Positions 61,128-64,000 of a DNA stretch of 64,000 bases are shown one piece after another. The notes beneath the pieces were generated by a model. It ran no database searches, was not told the DNA's origin, and worked only from the letters and a program-made list of their open reading frames with translations. The translations under genes were made by a program, and so were the position numbers. Numbering within the stretch: the stretch's first letter is position 1; the number at the start of each line of letters is the position of its first letter. Origin of the DNA: Lama glama (Eukaryota); the NCBI GenBank assembly GCA_028534125.1, contig CM052818.1, positions 45,014,001-45,078,000 of the forward strand. Reading direction: 5' to 3'.

Positions 61128-61291
61128 TTTGTAACCTTCCAATACAACCAGCTGATAAGGCAATCCGGCTCGACAGGGCATTCACACGAAATAATCTTCG
61201 TTTTCTCCAGCCCCTGGTCAGATCCAGTCTCTGTGTTGGCAGATACCATAACTCCCCAGGACACTTTCATTCTTTAAAAGATCAGTCTGGT

Positions 61292-61505
61292 CCAGGGTTT
61301 TTTGCATTCACATTATGGCCCATTAGAGGCTCATGCAATCTGTTCTGTAAATCACAGGCTGCATTTTTGAAAAGAAAAGAAAAAAAAAGAATAGGATAGA
61401 AAATAGATTGTTTTGTATGGAGCCGAGGGGAGAATTGTTTTGTGAAACTTGTAAAGCACTGGGTTGCGATATACATGTATTTCTTATTGTGGGTCCTAGT
61501 CTCTT
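61292..61505. mobile_element. hAT-Charlie (Charlie4-like) MITE remnant
   Basis: cccattagaggctcatgcaatc...attgttttgtgaaactt...ctgggttgcgatatacatgtatttcttattgtgggtc. Confidence 0.55.
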
Positions 61506-64000
61506 GGTCTCTTCTCTTTAAAATGCCCCCCAACCCCAAATTCCAAAGAGCTGGAGAAGGGACGTGGGGAGGGTGCAGGGGGAGTGAGCAGGGGGTCAGG
61601 CTTGCCCCCTCACTACCCTGGAGGTGAGGGTTGCTGAGTTCTCCTCCAAGAATGGCTCCTCCCCCAGTTCTCAAGGGCTAATCCCTCTGGGGTTGCAATG
61701 AATAAAACGTCTTGTTTTAAAAGCTGAGGTCTTCCACAGCCTGGGCTGGATCTTCACCACCCTTCTCCACGAAGGCAATCCTACCCTATGCCTTCCATCA
61801 CTTTATTTTGAATGTTAGTGGTTATTATTTGAACGAAGTCTTGGGCTATAGCAAGTTTGGGCAATGCTGGACTTAACAAGTAAATGGAATTCTTGTCTGT
61901 AGGGCTTCTCAGCCTAAGAATTCGTGACGTAGCAATCTCTGGAAAATGCTTTGGGAAATGCACGATTAGAGGTTAAACCTCAAGGTTCTTAAAATCTAAA
62001 AGAAGTTGGGATTCAAATCTTGAAAAGAGCCTGCAGAAAAGTTGGTTTCACTCCTTCCCATCCACCCAGTGAAAAATTCTCCTTTATTGTCTTCATTCAA
62101 CAAGCACACAGGATAATTTGACATTGATTCTGCCCTCGATGGGCTAACAGTCTACAGATGTCATTGGATGATGACAGCAGTGGCTATAATGTGAGTTAGC
62201 AGGTGCCCCGTCTCAAAGGAGAGGACAGGTCAAAGCCAGAGGGAGAGCTCCGGTCCCCTCAGCTCCTGTCCACCCAGGGGACCACTCACTGATCTGCAGA
62301 CACCTGATTTGTCTTTAAAGGCTGTAGGAGACACCCATTCATGCAGAGGGGGTGGGTGGCTAGGAGGCTTGGCAAAGGGAGAACCTGGCAAAAACAAAGC
62401 AACAGTGTCTGGGCCATTGTCGCCTCTCAGAATGAACGCTTCCAGGGCAGACTGTAAATAGAAAGCAGAAAATATAGCCTGGGCCAGATGTTGGAGAGCT
62501 TCCAAAAAGGGCCTCGAGGTTTAACACTGTTGGGCAAAAGGGTCCATGGAGGGTTTGTGGCAGTGACAAGGGACAGAACTTGTGCAGGCCAGAGCCACTG
62601 TCCCGTGGCCAGATAATGTTGGGACCCCTCCTTGCGGTGGCCCTGGGCTGCTGTCCTGTGACCAGAATCACGACAGGGCAAGGGTGGGACCAAGCCCCTG
62701 TGGGCCTCTGAAAGTCTCCAGCTGTCAGCACTGGAGCCTGGTCACAGGCACCGCCCGCCAGTGGCCTTCTCCAAGGTTGGGCTGCCAAGATGAGCAGAAC
62801 CCGCAGACGCCCCTCCCTTACGAATGCACACGCCTCCACGGACAGTCACCAGACACCTGTCGTGGTGACTGTGTGGCAGATGCTTCCTCTCTTGCCTGTA
62901 AAACAGCACGTTCTTGGAGAAGTGGATTCTTGTCCACAGGCCGAGCCAAATGCTGCTCCCAGGACCGACTCAACCCGCCCTTCCAAGAGGACTTCTCTGT
63001 TTCAGGGACTGAGAGCTCACAGTATTTGGGCCCAGGAGCACAGCCCAGAGGGGCAGCTGGTGGGGACCGTCTCCCAGCCTGAGCACAGCATCCTCCTCAT
63101 GAGACCCTCGGAGGAGCAGATCCTCCAGCCGGACTCGTCTCCCAGGAGAGAAGCTGTCTCGTTTCCTGGATTTCTGGTCTCCCAGAGCTGGAAGGGTCCC
63201 CCAGCCACCCTTCAGTCTGGCTCCTTGCCTTGAACCAGAAAACATCTAAGGCACCAGCTGGTGCTGAATGCCGGCCCAAATCCAAGTGGGAAGCTGAGTG
63301 GAGGAGCCTGGGGAGGTGAGAAGACAGTGCTTGGCGGGAAGGGAGGGGAGCTGGCACCAGGAACACCTGTCCCCGGTGAAGCCCCAGCTGGGAGGTGCAG
63401 GCGGCAGGAGCTGGAGCCCAGGGCCAGGTTACATTAGCCCATTTTTAAGAGGAAGCCTGTGTGAGGTGCCTACATTGTAGAGAAACCACAGTATGTGAAA
63501 TCAGATTGAATCTGTGAGATGTTTGCACCTCTAAGCCACAAATTCCTGTAAGTGGAACCTACTGAAAATCCTAGGGTCGTTTCAAGTTATTATTTCAGTC
63601 AGAAGGCACTCGACTCCAAAGGTAAGAGCAATATTCTGAAATTTGAACCTTTATTGGTGAAATGATTATTGGGTTGAAAAACCTCACAAGGTCAGTAATC
63701 ACTGTGAAATCACCACGTGTGTTTCATCGCTGAGCTGTCCCCTCACTTTGCATCTACTGAGAAATAAAAATAAGACTCTAAATCGGTTGTTCATATTATT
63801 TTATGCATAAATGGGTCCTAGCTTAGAAAGACAGTGACATCATCCCAGTGAGAAAGTGACAAAGTTCATCAGCAGATGGAAAAAGCAGAGCAGGGAAAAA
63901 AATCTCTAAAGTGGAAACTGAGGTCGCCTGATCCGAAAGGCCAGGAGGGAGGCTCTGCAGATGTGCCCTGCAGACACAGAACTGCCTGCCTGGCTGGGTC

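Noticed and set aside
62360..63480. Cluster of overlapping 90-166 aa ORFs on both strands
   Set aside because: GC-rich, stop-poor sequence; no domain similarity or consistent exon structure
1..64000. A previously undescribed multi-gene biological system
   Set aside because: No intact genes, operon-like structure or autonomous mobile element is visible; the content is explained by known repeat classes plus candidate cis-regulatory DNA

Overview
Mammalian non-coding DNA, very probably from a camelid: a tRNA-Ala-derived SINE resembling camelid Vic-1 lies at 24628-24754, and cetartiodactyl-type L1 3' ends are present. I can support no protein-coding exon or RNA gene. ORFs with recognisable content are decayed L1 ORF2 pieces; the rest look like chance ORFs. 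Much of the window is a layered record of transposons: MIR, L2, L3/CR1, a probable L4/RTE-X, old and young L1, HAL1, MLT1/LTR16/LTR33/MER21/MER41-like LTRs, an ERV1 solo LTR with intact target-site duplication, and Tigger1 and hAT MITEs. Between them are several repeat-free, motif-dense stretches that look like enhancers or promoters. I found no convincing new biological system. The best leads are (i) two MER21-type LTRs forming a ~1.7 kb inverted repeat, (ii) an ERV1 solo LTR with an amplified CCAAT/octamer array, (iii) a CpG-rich NF-kB site cluster, (iv) an octamer+TATA module in unique DNA, and (v) a MER41-like LTR with degenerate GAS sites. Repeat family names come from recalled consensus sequences, not a database search, and boundaries of old repeats are approximate.
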